From Camelus dromedarius (Eukaryota), in assembly GCF_036321535.1 (NCBI RefSeq), contig NC_087436.1, positions 5,518,001 to 5,582,000 of the forward strand: a stretch of 64,000 bases of DNA. The letters run 5' to 3'. Below the pieces are notes generated by a model. It worked only from the letters and a program-made list of their open reading frames with translations. It was not told the origin of the DNA and did no database searches. The position numbers were made by a program, and so were the translations under genes. Positions 51,420 to 64,000 of the stretch are shown in pieces; position 1 is the stretch's first letter, and each line of letters opens with the position of its first letter.

Positions 51420-52650
51420 CATGCCCTTTCGGGCCGTCCGCTGAAAGCCGGCGAGTGTGAGTGCGGGCCGGTGTGTGTGTGTGTATGTGTGTTTCTGCGT
51501 GTCAGCGTGTAGGTGTAGTGACTGCACACGCGCGTGCGTGTGACGGCAAAGGGAGAAAGTGGCTGCAACCTCGGAGACCCCCGCTGGCTGGGGGTGGGGG
51601 GAGGAAGCGAAAGGCATTGAAGAGTGTGCGCACTGGGGGCGGGGGTGGGGATGCTGGAGCGGGGGATTGCGCTTCCTTAGGTTCCGTGGGTTCTAGATTA
51701 GCTCGAGTCTTCCAGAGAAGCCCCCCGCCCCTGCGTGCCGGATGGCACCCTGCCCACGGAGAACACGGGGTCCCTGGGGCGCGCCGTCGGGCTCTGGGTA
51801 GATCCCACCGGGAATTGCTGATCCCAGACGCCTGCGGCCGGGAATTTAAATCTGCAGGCCCCTCTCCGGGTCACTCTGCGGACCTGCGCGAGCCCTGGAT
51901 CTCCGCCAAGACCCGCCAAGTTGTAGCCGTGGGTCTGGAGATGGGCTCTCGGCTGTTACATAAGGCCCACTGAGGGGCGCGGCGCGGTTACGCAGGCCGG
52001 GGCGGGCAGGGGTCGGGGGTGCAGGGAGCGCGGTCCTTCCTCGCTGCTCTGGAGCTTCGGGCCAAGTTGCAGGACGATTCTGCCCTGGGCGCCGCGGGCG
52101 GCTGGCTCCCCGGCTGGGGCGCTTTGTTACCCTGTCGCGGGGCTCCGGCGGAGGCGGCGGGAGGAGGAGGACCCGAAAGCAGAGGGATGCGCCGAGTTTG
52201 GAATCGGGAGAAGTCGCCCATCAGCCATTTTAGTCTTGGCAGCTCTGCGTGTTAGTCCTAGCATTGCCTAGGGCACGCCGCGAAACTCCATCTAGGCTTC
52301 AGAGTAATAGGATCCAACCAATTAAGTCTCCAAATGGTTCAATGGAGAGGCCGGCGGGCCCCGGTCCAGGCGCTGCCACCCCCGCGCCGGCGTGGGCAGT
52401 GCGGCCGCAGCCGCCGGACCCTCCAGCCCTCTTGCCGGCAGCTACCATCATTTCCTGCCGACCGAGTTGGGGTGACTCTTTCCTGATTTGAGGTTCTCAG
52501 TGTTAATTTCATAGTTGGCAATTTCGAGGTGGGGGGCGGTTTGCAGATGGCTCCCCTCCCGCTGTGGTTGGAACGTGAAGGAGTCAGCGGAAAATTACCA
52601 CCGAAAAAGCCCGACCGCAGCGTCCCCAAGTTAGACAAATACTGGTGGTT
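51420..52650. promoter_or_regulatory. CpG-island extension at the start of GRIA2 intron 2
   Basis: High GC and CpG density with G-rich runs, then an abrupt return to AT-rich sequence after ~52700. Confidence 0.8.
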
Positions 52651-54023
52651 GTCATCGCACTTCCCCGGGTCATATATTACCCTTAATCATGTAGTCCATG
52701 GATTAGCTTGATTGTGGTCTCAGGGACATCAGTCCTTTTGTAACTGCTGTCAACCGGATGAATGAAAGAATCAAACAATTTTCTTCGCCTGGTAGAACAG
52801 AGGTTGTTATTATGGTCATATGAGATGCTCAGAATTCGATGGTTGAAAAAGAACCTATTTAAGAAGATTTCAGTGCTGTATGTTTTCTTCACATGTTGAT
52901 ACCAAGTGGGAAAAGAAACTGGGGATGATGGGGTGGAGAGACAGAGAGAGAGAGACAGACTTAAGTGGATTTGCAGCTTTAAAAAAATCTCCATGAAAGA
53001 ATATAAGAATGTCTTGGAAAATTTTAATATATATACATATATGTAAGGAAACAAGTAGCTTCATATTTGAAGGCCTTTATACTTGACCTATTTACCTACT
53101 GGATTTAGATTATTCACTTGATTCCATATCAGGTTTCCAGTTTGTTTTTTCACCTGAATTAGGAGTATGACATACATTTGTGCTAAGTATCTGACTATAT
53201 GTAATTGTATACTAGTGTGAAAATGCTTTGGAAAGGGATGCACGAACCTAAAACGATGATTATTGGAAGGATGTAGATTTTAAAAACAAGGTGAGAGTAA
53301 TTGACAGATGTATTTTTTGAGAATGGCCAGTGATGGAGAAATCCCCTCACTGGTTAAAGTACCACAGGGGCCTGGCAGGGAGCAGCTCAGACACAGCCAC
53401 TGGCCAAAATGAGTATCCTTTCACTCCAAATGCTGAATGGCTGTGCTGGGGCTTTGTAAAGACTAAAGATTATGGCCAGTTTAGGTTAGGAGACTAGTTT
53501 AGGTCCTCAGTCCCAATATTTTTGAATAATTTACTTTTAATATAAATCTTTATTGAAATAAGATATGCAGACAGGAAATGTACCTCTCTCAAACACATAT
53601 AAATCCATGCATTTCTACAGAATGAATACATCCATCTAATAAGGCATGGATTTCATTAAAAAAAAAAAAACACACGCACACACAATTTAATTTGCTTGAC
53701 CACAATTCTGGGAAAACGGGAAAATCAAGTCTTCATTTTGCACATATTTTTCTCAGACAATGGAGCTGAAATAAGAAGTTGCATGTCTACAGATCCCCAA
53801 ATTACTCCTACTTGTAGTATTCTATATGGCACTAAAGCAAATTGTGGTGAGGAATCGAATGCATTTTCAAGTTTCTGACATGGGAGTTCTGAACTATGGC
53901 CTCTGCAACTCCCGTGTTGTAAGTCATCTTACTGATCTCTGAAGGGAACTGGTGAGGCCCTGAGACTCATCCTAGAGAATATTCTGGAGTTGACATTTTA
54001 ATTCATTGACTGGACACATCACT

Positions 54024-54025
<2 letters not shown>

Positions 54026-54061
<36 letters not shown>
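54026..54061. repeat. (GT)18 microsatellite
   Basis: Read directly from the sequence. Confidence 0.97.
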
Positions 54062-54062
<1 letters not shown>

Positions 54063-57000
54063 TGGCTCAGTTTCTTCCTTCCTTTAGGAATTTCACAATC
54101 TAGAGTTTGTAAAATGAAATGGAGAGTTCGTAAACCATTTCTTTTTTTTTTTCTACCAAGAGCAATAGAAAATGTAAAATTAGTTTAACTCTTTTCAGAG
54201 AGAGAGAGATGCTTATATAAACTGCCATCACAAAGTCAGCAGTCACAGATGAATGGCAGTTTTGACTGTCACATTTGTGACGATGAGTTTTGGTCACTTC
54301 AGTCCTGCTCAAGATTTTTCTGCAATGCTCAGCCCCTGTTTTCTTGCCTTTTCGGTCGGGGGTTGGGGGGAATCCATGGTTTTTTCCTTTATGAAGTAGA
54401 AGCAGCAGCATCCAATATGTTGAGAGCAGAAACCAAAACGACGTTGGTTACCTCCAGAAATCTAAGGAATTCTACTCCTTAGCTCCGGTATTAAAAGGTG
54501 ATCATCCATCGGCATCATAAAGTACCTCCCGCTTCCTCCCAGTTGAACCATAAAAATCGTATAGGGTTAAATTTAGATATTAAGAAAGTAGAGCTATAAA
54601 CCTTAATTCTATGATTTCAAACTGGAAGAGATACTAGTTTTCAAATTTAACTGTATTCCTGAGATGGGGGAGTTATTTGGAAACAACTTGCTGGAAAGAC
54701 CCAGCGGCAAGGGTTAAGGTTATGCAAAGGGAATGCAGCCATTATATTCTGAACTGGGTAAAATGACTATAGGCATGGAGCTGAGATAATGGCAGGACCT
54801 CCTTGTTCCCATCCGTTTCCATGGGTACCTGAGGAAATAGACAGATTTCCCATTTCTTTCTTTCTTCCTCTTCCCCCTCCTCCACAAGGCTGTTCAGACC
54901 TGACTTTAATATGACAAAATCCATAGAACAAGAGAAATACATACCTAAGACTAGCATCTGATGTGCTTCAACAGCTAAAGCCAGTGATGGGCTTGCAAAT
55001 TCCTTCCTCCCTTCCTCCCCAGCCCTCTTCAGTATTTGCCTCCAGTTGTGTGGTTGTCACAGAATACATGAATGCTTTTCCCATAGTAATTCCTTTTTTC
55101 TGATCTTTTCCCTCCACGCTCTTTCAAATCGTTTCCAAATCCTTGTTGCGTTGATGGCCTTCTCTGTGCCCTGGCCACTATGTCTTGTCTAAGAACTTCA
55201 GTCCGAGGATGCGAAGATACTCCAGTGGTTTTTCTACAAAAGCAGTTTATGACAGTAACAGAATGTTTGTGAAATTAATCAATTTGATATTGACCTATGT
55301 GTGTACAACACATATATATATATAGTTCAACAAAATCAACAGCAGGTTTTAGGAAAATTCTAAACACTTTTACATTCTAAAAAGTTTTAAACTTTCGTGC
55401 TATGCTCATTATTTAAGCTTGTTAAAATAAAGCTGTCTGAAAGGGCTGTGGACCTGGGTATTTGATCACGTAGGTTTGGGAATTAAACGTATTAAATATT
55501 AAACGTCCTCTTCAAAATTTTTCCTGTTCCTTTTTGTGCATGACTTTGACAAAGAGCTGTTAGTCTCTTTAGAAATAATTTTATATTTAATTTCATAAAA
55601 AATAAATTTACAAAAATATTAAATTTAAAGGAACAGTAGATAAAAATCTACTTTTTCTCGAAGCCAGCAGATGGAGATGTTGGAGAAAATACTGTTCTTT
55701 CATAAAACTGTTGCGCATATGAATAGCTTTTGAAACAGTGTAAACATGTTTATTTAGAGAAATTGAAAAAAATATAAATGGCATCTATTTTGCAAAGATT
55801 CACTTAAAATGCTGTCTTTCAAAAATAATTCCCAGTGGCTTTTAAGAAGAGTACCTTTGCTTTTATTTTTAAAATAGTTTATCTTAAATGTCCTTGTGAA
55901 TTTGCTTCATAAAGAAATTCAGGAACAGCATTGATTATAAACGTTCTTGGAAGAGAGAATTCTAAAAATATATTTTTTTTCGGCTTTTTAACCTTGATTC
56001 TTCAGATTATCTTTTAAGGTATATTCTTATCCCTGAATTTTAGTCATGAATTATTGAAATTGTGTATCTGTGTTCATCAAATTAATTGATACTTACTAAA
56101 CCTTTTTTATTACACTTTGCATGAATTCGACTGCGTGTGTGTGGTTTTAAATTGTGAGTAGTTGTAGATTGGCTGGGCTATCGTGTTTTGTCGTTTTGTT
56201 GAGGCATTTACAAAAGCTTGGAGTTACCTACTTTAATATATGCAAAAGTTTCGTAAAACCGGAATCAACCTGGATGCTGTTAAGCGATCATGAGAATTCA
56301 TGCTGTGAAGAAACCCAAGAACACATGTACCAGGACACAATCTCTTACAATGTGGGGTACGAATCCTCAGTTATCATCAACTGGAGGTTACAAAGAGTGA
56401 AACAGCTCTTTATACGGCAGAATAATTAATTTGTCATTGGCCTTTTTAGAGTTAAGCTTTCAGACTTCATGTGTCACAAGAGAATTCAAGAAAACTAATA
56501 CACAACACTAAATGGAAATCAAAGAATGGGGTTGGTTGAAATATTCTGTTTAGGATATGAGAAACTAAGCATTTACATAAAAATTACTGTGTGAAACTGT
56601 GGAAGCTTAGAATTAATAGGATTTTATTCCTATACTATTCCTTTTTGAGGTCTTGCTGGTTTCAGTCAGCTGATCAGGTGGTGGGGAGCATTTCGCATTC
56701 ATGTCAAGCTTTAAAATTGGTAGGGTCACTGTGCGGGGACATCCTGATCGCAGAATGCAGATCCATGCCAGAGCCCAGGTCCTCTCAGAATCTCCTCCAG
56801 TAACACTTAACACACGTTCAAACTTCCTTGAGCCCTGACAAGTTTCAGGAAGGCTATAGAAGACCAGTTGTTTCCTGTTATGATTGACTTTTCAAGCAGT
56901 GTGGGTTTTTTTTTCCTCCTCTTCCTCTTTTCCCTTGGGGGGAAAAAGTCAATAGAAGTGCTTAATCTGCAGAGCAAATGCTATTACAGGAAATAAACCT

Positions 57001-57895
57001 AAATTGAAATAGACTTTTTTTTTTTTTAAAGTGAGCAGAGGCTATATTACACAGAGCAAAAACCTTGTAAGTTCTCCAGACACAATTAAAATATTAGTCT
57101 TTTTCTTATGACAATTTTCATTCAGAATTTCTGAGGTTGTCTCTAATGATCTGAATGACTAATGGCCAAATGTCTTAAATGACTTGCCTCTTCAATACAA
57201 TAGGAAAATTAGTTGTTGAATTCTAAGTTAAAAATCTGAAAATCCCCGCCCCCCAATTTCAAAATTTTCAAACACTAAAATGTTTTTCAAAGCAGATTTC
57301 ACTAATTTGGGGAAAAAAAAAGGATGGTGTTCTTACAGTGGTGTCTGTTGGTAGTTGAATGCCTGGTTTTTTTTGGTACTATTCAAAGTAATTTGTCATT
57401 TTTTTATACTTTTAATTTATAGAATGAAAACGTTTAAAAATTCACATGGAAAATGAAAACGTGCCTTTCTTAAAGGTAGAATCATGCCTCTGTTGGCTTT
57501 GTATCCTTCAGGGTTATTTACCTAATCAGCAGATTTAATATTATAGCAGCATTTCCTGTTACAGAATTAAGCTTTTTAAAGTCAGAATGTTGCGCTCACT
57601 CTACAGTTAGATTTCAGATGAAACAGTTTACTTGGTATCTGCCTCAGCTCCTATTTCGACAGAGGTGTGATACATGTTTCACTTTCATCCATGAGACAGA
57701 TGTGTTCAAAGCTATTACCTTTAACCCGACTTTGCTGTACGTTAAAATGATCTGCTAACATACATATGTTAGACGGTGCAGAAGGCATGTTGCAGGTGGT
57801 TGGAATACAGGACCTGGTCCTCAGGGCTCTGACAGAGGTGAATGACTAATATATAGTTTAAGGTTAAAGACGATTTTAAAATTTAGAGTCTTAAC

Positions 57896-58072
57896 AAGTT
57901 TATACTGTATAGCACAGGTAACTATATTTGATATCTTGTAGTAGCTTACGGTGGGAAAGAATATGAAAACAAATATATGTACATTCATATATGATTGAAG
58001 CATTGTGCTGTACACCAGAAATGGACACAACACTATAAACTGACTATACTTCAATTAAAAAAAGAAGTAAAA
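57896..58072 (+). mobile_element. L1 3'-end fragment
   Basis: tatactgtatagcacaggtaactatatttgatatcttgtag...ctgactatacttcaattaaaaaaag. Degenerate TSD aaaatttagagtcttaac / aaaattttgtgccttgac. Confidence 0.85.
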
Positions 58073-60414
58073 AAATTTTGTGCCTTGACATTTATAAGAA
58101 TCTTTAACTGAATAGAACAGATAGATTGGGGGGAGGGAGCTCATTACAGGAAGGGAATTATGGGAAGGTAGTTTCTTAGGTGGTTTATTTTTCATTTCTT
58201 TTACAGTTTCTCAAACAAATGACATAGACCCCTCATGATTTTACTATTTAGATTGTTACTTAGAATTTTACTTTATAGTTTTATATAGTTTATTTATGGA
58301 TATGTTATGTTAAGATCTACATGTTTTCCTGATTAGTTTAGTATTTAAAATATGAGCGCAAACTGGATGGAGTTGAGAAATGCCTGAATTCTAATTTGTC
58401 TTTCATACTTTGAATAGGGCATCACATTTCTATGGAGCTATTTACCCTTCGTGTAAAATTAATTTCAAACTATAAATACTACAGAATTCACTTATTTTAT
58501 GCTGCTCTGATACTTCCACTGTGATCGAATTTCAGTGAACCTTGGAAGATACCCATTCAATGCAAATATTTTTAGTTTAATCTTTATAAAAACCCAATGA
58601 TATTGATGGAAGTGATAGAAATATGTTTATAGAAACTGAGCATACTCCGTGCTAATTCCTCATCTCTGTAACAGACTATGGCCTTAGTCAGTGATTTCTA
58701 ACTTCAGCATAAAATTAAGTGAAACTCATGTTACGTAATTTCATATAAAAAAAGGTTTCCTCAACCCATAAACCTCTTGGCTTTGCACCCAAATACTATT
58801 CTCTTTCAGATTTAGTACTCATTCTACAATTTCTCTAGCATTAGTATTTGGTCTACTGTGGTCAGTCAGCAATGTGATTATGTATTTCTTGTTACTTTTG
58901 CAAGAATAAATGGCTAGTGTGAGCATTTTGAAATAATTATTTTTCAGGCCAAAAGGAAAAAAAGAAAATTTCTTTGTAGCAGCTTGAAATTTACAAGATT
59001 TCTTAAAGTGTGGAAAGGGGACCTTGGACAAGTAGGAAAAACTCCAAGAGGCAGCGTAACTTGGTGTCCTGGGCAGGGGAGGAGGAGGAATTTGGAACTG
59101 GGAATTTCTTGTCTTTTTTCTTTTCTTTCTGTGTAAGCTTCCGATTGACTTGGTGTTTGGTTAGTTCGCACAGGCACGGTCAGGCTTCTCCACTAGCACT
59201 GAGCTCCTGTCAAACAGTGAATTCTTATCATAATACTACTTTATACACATATTTCTATTAACTACTTCTGGGGGAAACCAGAAGGAAAAGAGACATTCTG
59301 GATTCCTCATAGGCAGATATACCAATTTCAGGCCCTTTGTTGTTTTGGGCTGGTAAAAAAAAAAGACCTTCATGGTATAATTATGAGCTTAACATATTGA
59401 CTGAAAAGTCTTGGGACACATTGTAGATAAAAACATGTCATATGGAACCCACTACTAGAATTCGAGTTTATGAGAGTCACAATAAGCTTTATCTCCTGCT
59501 CGGAGTTCCTGAGATGTAGCAACTCCAGAACTGCTGATAACAGCTTCCCCGACTTATCAGGAGAACGCAGAAAAATTTGTCTTTTAGTTTATGTTATCTG
59601 GTGGGGACACAGTTTACCTCTTTCACATTTAGATAATGGTTTTAACAATCTGAGACATATTTTAAAATACGTTAGTATGTCTTACAGGAGTATTTCACAA
59701 AATTAATGATGCTTCTCGAACCATATATAAGTTTATTTGTCATTAAAGTTAATTATGCAAACAATTATTACAGGGCAATTTGGGACTGAAATGAGTAGCT
59801 CGTCTGAAGATTAAAAGGTAGAGGGGGGTCCGTTTACTTAATTTGTTGGAGAACACTGTCACAGACGTTTTAGTGGTACTGATTTGGGACATTTTGAATG
59901 TATTCCTGAAGGCATTCACGTGAGCTATTTATTGTGAATTGCAGATTTTAAAGGGACCGTCTGTTTTCAACAATCCCGCTATCACAGAAGTAGCTCCTGC
60001 AATTCCACAGCAGAAGGAGGCTTCCTCTTAAAAAAAAAAAAAAAAAAAAAAAACTCTCTCCTCCTCACAAGCACTTGGCAAAGAAAGTTCTGGAAGCGAC
60101 GATCTCTAGGGGTGGTTGGCAACGTGTGCGCGCTAGTTTTTCTTGGAAGACAGATTTCAGTTTAGGGAATGATTTTTTTCTCTACTCATGCCTTCTCTTG
60201 TGTCGGGGAGGAATGGAAAGACTTCAGTCTTGTTTTTAGTTTATGCATGAAATGGAGCTACTGAGATGCAACATTCCCAAGCGCTTTCCCAGTGTACAGC
60301 TTGATCTGTTTTACCCGTTTCTTAGTTCTCACTAGTTTACAGTGTTGTTACTAATTTACATCTGGAGAGGACATTTTAGGAACAGAGGCAATGATTAAGA
60401 GAAGATATCAAGGA

Positions 60415-60569
60415 CATTTAAAAACATTTCTTAAATTGTTTTTGCTTTTATGGAGGGGGTTTGGGGAATTAGGCTTATTTATTTATTTTTAGAGGAGGTA
60501 CTGGGGATTGAACATAGGAACTCATGCACATTAAGCGTGTGCTGTACCACAGAGACACACCCTCCCCTC
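60415..60569 (-). mobile_element. tRNA-Ala-derived SINE (Vic-1-like), more diverged
   Basis: Same body and tail as the other copies. Degenerate TSD agagaagatatcaagga (60398-60414) / agagaggatgtcaagga (60570-60586). Confidence 0.8.
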
Positions 60570-60675
60570 AGAGAGGATGTCAAGGAGCTAGAGAGTTTTG
60601 GTATTTTGATGGGAAGCACTGAAAATCCTCATCTTTTTCTATTGGAAGACAGACAAGTCAAGAATTTTCATTTTA

Positions 60676-60910
60676 TTTTATTTTTAAACATTTTTTATTG
60701 AGTTACAGTCATTTTACAATGTTGTGTCAAATTCCAGTGTAGAGCACAATTTTTTTAGTTGTACATGAACATACATATATTCATTGTCACATTTTTTTCC
60801 ACTGTGAGCCACCACAAGATCTTGTATACATTTCCCTGTGCTATACAGTATAATCTTATTTATCTATTCTGCATATGCCTGTCAGTATCTACAAATTTTG
60901 AAATCCCAGG
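60676..60910 (-). mobile_element. L1 3'-end fragment with a perfect 14-bp TSD
   Basis: TSD gaattttcatttta at 60662-60675 and 60911-60924 around an antisense L1 3' UTR body. Confidence 0.9.
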
Positions 60911-62149
60911 GAATTTTCATTTTAGTGATAAACATGGGAGTGTTTAAAAAATGTTTGCGTCTTTGCACTTTGCAGCCCCGATGTCTTGGGACACAGAATA
61001 GCATTCCTTATGAGTCAGAACGTGGAATGGAATCCTGGTCCTAATATTAATGTGTGACACTGGACAAGTTGTTTAACGTGGCTCCACCTTTGTAAAAGGG
61101 AGTCACACCTTATAGGATGGTTTTGAAGAGACACATAGGCATAAAACTCTGTGCACTGTGTTAGGTACATCTAGGTGCTTGGAGACGAGTGGACTTTTAT
61201 AACCTTCTGTGCTGGGATCTTGGGATAGTTTGGATAAGCATTTGCCACAGGAGGCAGGAGGACAAAGAAGAATGCATTTCTCATTTCTTGTTGGAATCTT
61301 TTTCTGCTGTTTTGTCTACAAGGGCTGGACTGTTTGGTGACCAAGAAGGGACTAACCCAGTAAACCACATAAGCCACTTAAAGATACGTGTAGTGCACTA
61401 CCTTATGAGACTGGTCTTTCAAAGCTGGGATGCTGAAACTGGAGCGTTTCTCCATCTCTTCCTTCGTCCCATATCACTTACACCAGGATGTTCAGCAGCG
61501 TGGAACTCTTCCATCCCCTGTGAACATAATTAAGATCTCTCCACACATTGTCCAACTGTGCACATTATAGATTCCTCGTGGTTTACCTCACTTAATTAAC
61601 TAAATTATATTTATTTAAATGAAAAGTAGACAAAGAGAACACAAAGGCAAATAAGGGTTTGAATGTGATTCAAAACTGTATGATACAATGCAGGTTTCTT
61701 CCTCTTTGTAGGATGAGGCTGTTTCCTCATGCTGTCTGATACTGTTATTAGGGGCTTAAATGAGAAAATAAATGCCTTGGTTCATTTGTCATAATTGATC
61801 CAAATATTCCCTTTTCCCTTATAACTCAGCCCTTTACCAGGGACTGAACAGCATGCTCGGAGCAAAGGAGGAGAGTAAAATGAAAATTCTTGCCTTCAGA
61901 GAGCCTATATCTCTGCCCTCTTTATAGTGATGGATAACTTTTATCTTTTCAGAACGCGTCCTAGCTCTTTGGTCTTCCCTGTAGCTCTGTAAAGCTTATA
62001 GGATAAATGGAATGATGATTATACCCGTTCTCAGATGGGAAAACAGAAATGTAGGTGAATTGCTCTAAGCTACTGTGAGACCTGTGGAGGACCTTCTAGA
62101 AAACCAGTCTGCTGCCCCCTGGGTCAGAGGTTTTCGCCAGCATCCAGGT

Positions 62150-62350
62150 GGGTATGATGCAGCCAGTACATTGGTTTGGAATTCTGGCTGCCACGTGCAC
62201 GGATTGTGTGACTTTGTGTGTGTCAGTTAAACTTGCTAATCCTGTTTCCTCCTCTGTAAAATGGGGGTCATTTTCATACCCGCCTCCTAACGTAATTGTC
62301 AGATTTAGATGAGAATTGTTGCCTTGTATAATATAGTGATTAATGTTGCT
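62150..62350 (+). mobile_element. MIR SINE
   Basis: cctgtttcctcctctgtaaaatgggg core followed by ttgtcagatttagatgaga. Confidence 0.7.
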
Positions 62351-62961
62351 AATTTCAGTGATTTCCAATCCCCCTGAGTGCCTATTAATTACCTACACTT
62401 TTAGCTGCGTGGAGGAGGACACAGTGGCTAAGAGGAGCTGACAGTTCTCTACGTCATTTTCAAACGAATAAGCTTCTTTCATACAACCATTCGAGCTCAG
62501 ACTAGAGAATAGGGTTTATTCTGTTATCATTTTAGGATACTGGTGAGTTTTTAATGATCCCCCAAGCCCTCTATTCAACAGATAAACAGTAAGAACTGAA
62601 AATCACGTGTAAGTTAACAAAATGTAGATTCTGGTTAGCATGAGGTGTGAACATCTGGACTGTTCGGTCACCCCTCCCACCATCAGGATCTATGAGGGCG
62701 GCTGTTTCTTGTGAAGAGGGTGATGTTATACATGGGACAGGTTCCTTGTGACTGCTCCAGCTTCTTCCCTGTAGACCAGTTGTCTGCATCTTATTGCTGG
62801 TCCCTAGGCCCTCTGTCATCTTCTTTGACAGTTCCTTCCTCAGCACGAATAAGGGAGGCTCTTTTGGCCCGTCCCTTGCCTGTTAGGTCTCAAGATTGAA
62901 AAATGTTCAAATAGTTACTTGTCCAGAGATTACTTCCTTTGGACACTGGAGAAACACTTTT

Positions 62962-63080
62962 ATTTTTTAAGGGGGAGGTAATTAGGTTTATTTATTTATT
63001 TTAATGAAGGTACTGGGGATTGAACCCAGGACCTCGTGCATGCTAAGCATGTGCTCTACCACTGAGCTCTACCCTACCCC
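62962..63080 (-). mobile_element. tRNA-Ala-derived SINE (Vic-1-like), well-preserved copy
   Basis: Minus strand reads GGGTAGAGCTCAGTGGTAGAGCACATGCTTAGCATGCACGAGGTCCTGGGTTCAATCCCCAGTACC. TSD ctggagaaacactttt (62946-62961) / ctggagagacactttt (63081-63096). Confidence 0.92.
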
Positions 63081-63130
63081 CTGGAGAGACACTTTTTGGG
63101 GAGATGAGATCACTGATCATGAGTCAAAAT

Positions 63131-63418
63131 ACTTCATTTAGAATGACAATCTCCATGTCCATCCATGTTGCTGCAAATGGCATTATTTTATTCTTTTTTA
63201 TGGCTGAGTAGTGTTCCATTATATAAATATACCACATCTATTTTATCTAATCGTCTGTCAGTGGACATTTAGGTTGGCTCCATGTCTTGGGTATTGTAAG
63301 CAGTGTTGCTGTGAACATTGCGGTGCATGTATCTTTGTTTAGGTTCCCTCTGGGTGTATGGCCAGGAGTAGGATTGACACAACATTGAAAACTGACTATA
63401 TTTCAATTAAAAAAAAAA
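63131..63418 (+). mobile_element. 5'-inverted L1 insertion
   Basis: 63131-63375 is antisense L1, homologous to 16434-16635 and beyond. It is joined to a short sense L1 3' tip and poly-A (63373-63418). Confidence 0.8.
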
Positions 63419-64000
63419 TATATATATATATATATACACACAAAAAATAAGGAAGTATCGTGAATAAGCTCAATTTTTTCTTAGTTTATGAACAGTTCAC
63501 TCCCTCATTCTGTGTTGACTTTTGTTCGTCTTACACTCCTTCACATTGCAGTGAACAGCAGCATGGCTGCTCTTTAATGGAGTGTGGCGAGAACTGGGTC
63601 ACAATGACTCTTTGAAAGCAAATCCATCTATTTACAAGATAGTGTTATATTGGTGACTTTGGATTTGGGCCTGAAGTAGAAAACATGGGAAAAACTCAAA
63701 TGCTTGTCCTCAGAATGCTTCTGTCTGCGATGTCTGTGTGCATCAAAAACTATCACAAGATCTTCTTTCTTCACCTCCTTCCTCAGACTCTTAGGATTCA
63801 TCTGTTTAAAGCCAATCTCTTAGGTAATGTCTCAGGTGACAAAGAACAAGAGAAGTTTCTGTGTTGGAAATTATTTATGAGTGCAGAAGTTTTTTGGGGG
63901 GTCAAAAGTAGCAGTTAATCTGGGTCAGTGACATGCTTTCTTATTATTTTAGAATGTGTAGTGTAGTCATTGTTTCTAGAGCATTTATAAATATCATCCT

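Overview
Mammalian genomic DNA, most likely a camelid, judging by four copies of a tRNA-Ala-derived Vic-1-like SINE. The + strand carries the last six coding exons and 3' UTR of GLRB (glycine receptor beta, ~2.8-24.1 kb). A ~26 kb repeat-rich intergenic region follows (L1 3' fragments, MIR/L2, MaLR and ERV1 solo LTRs, a decayed ERVL pol). Then come the CpG-island promoter, first two coding exons and start of intron 2 of GRIA2 (AMPA receptor GluA2). All exon boundaries are GT-AG and phase-compatible. I found no prokaryote-type system, CRISPR array or new protein-coding gene. Best leads: a candidate alternative exon in the last GLRB intron (in-frame 27-nt donor, plus a 132-nt donor with TAG flush against it); an abrupt exon-local GC3 jump in GLRB; a ~275-nt pure pyrimidine tract ending in CAG just after the skippable TM1 exon; and the layered GRIA2 leader (RE1, NRF-1, GU repeat, three uORFs, alternative donor). 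Exon numbers, orthologue comparisons and repeat family names come from recall and motif recognition, not from database searches.
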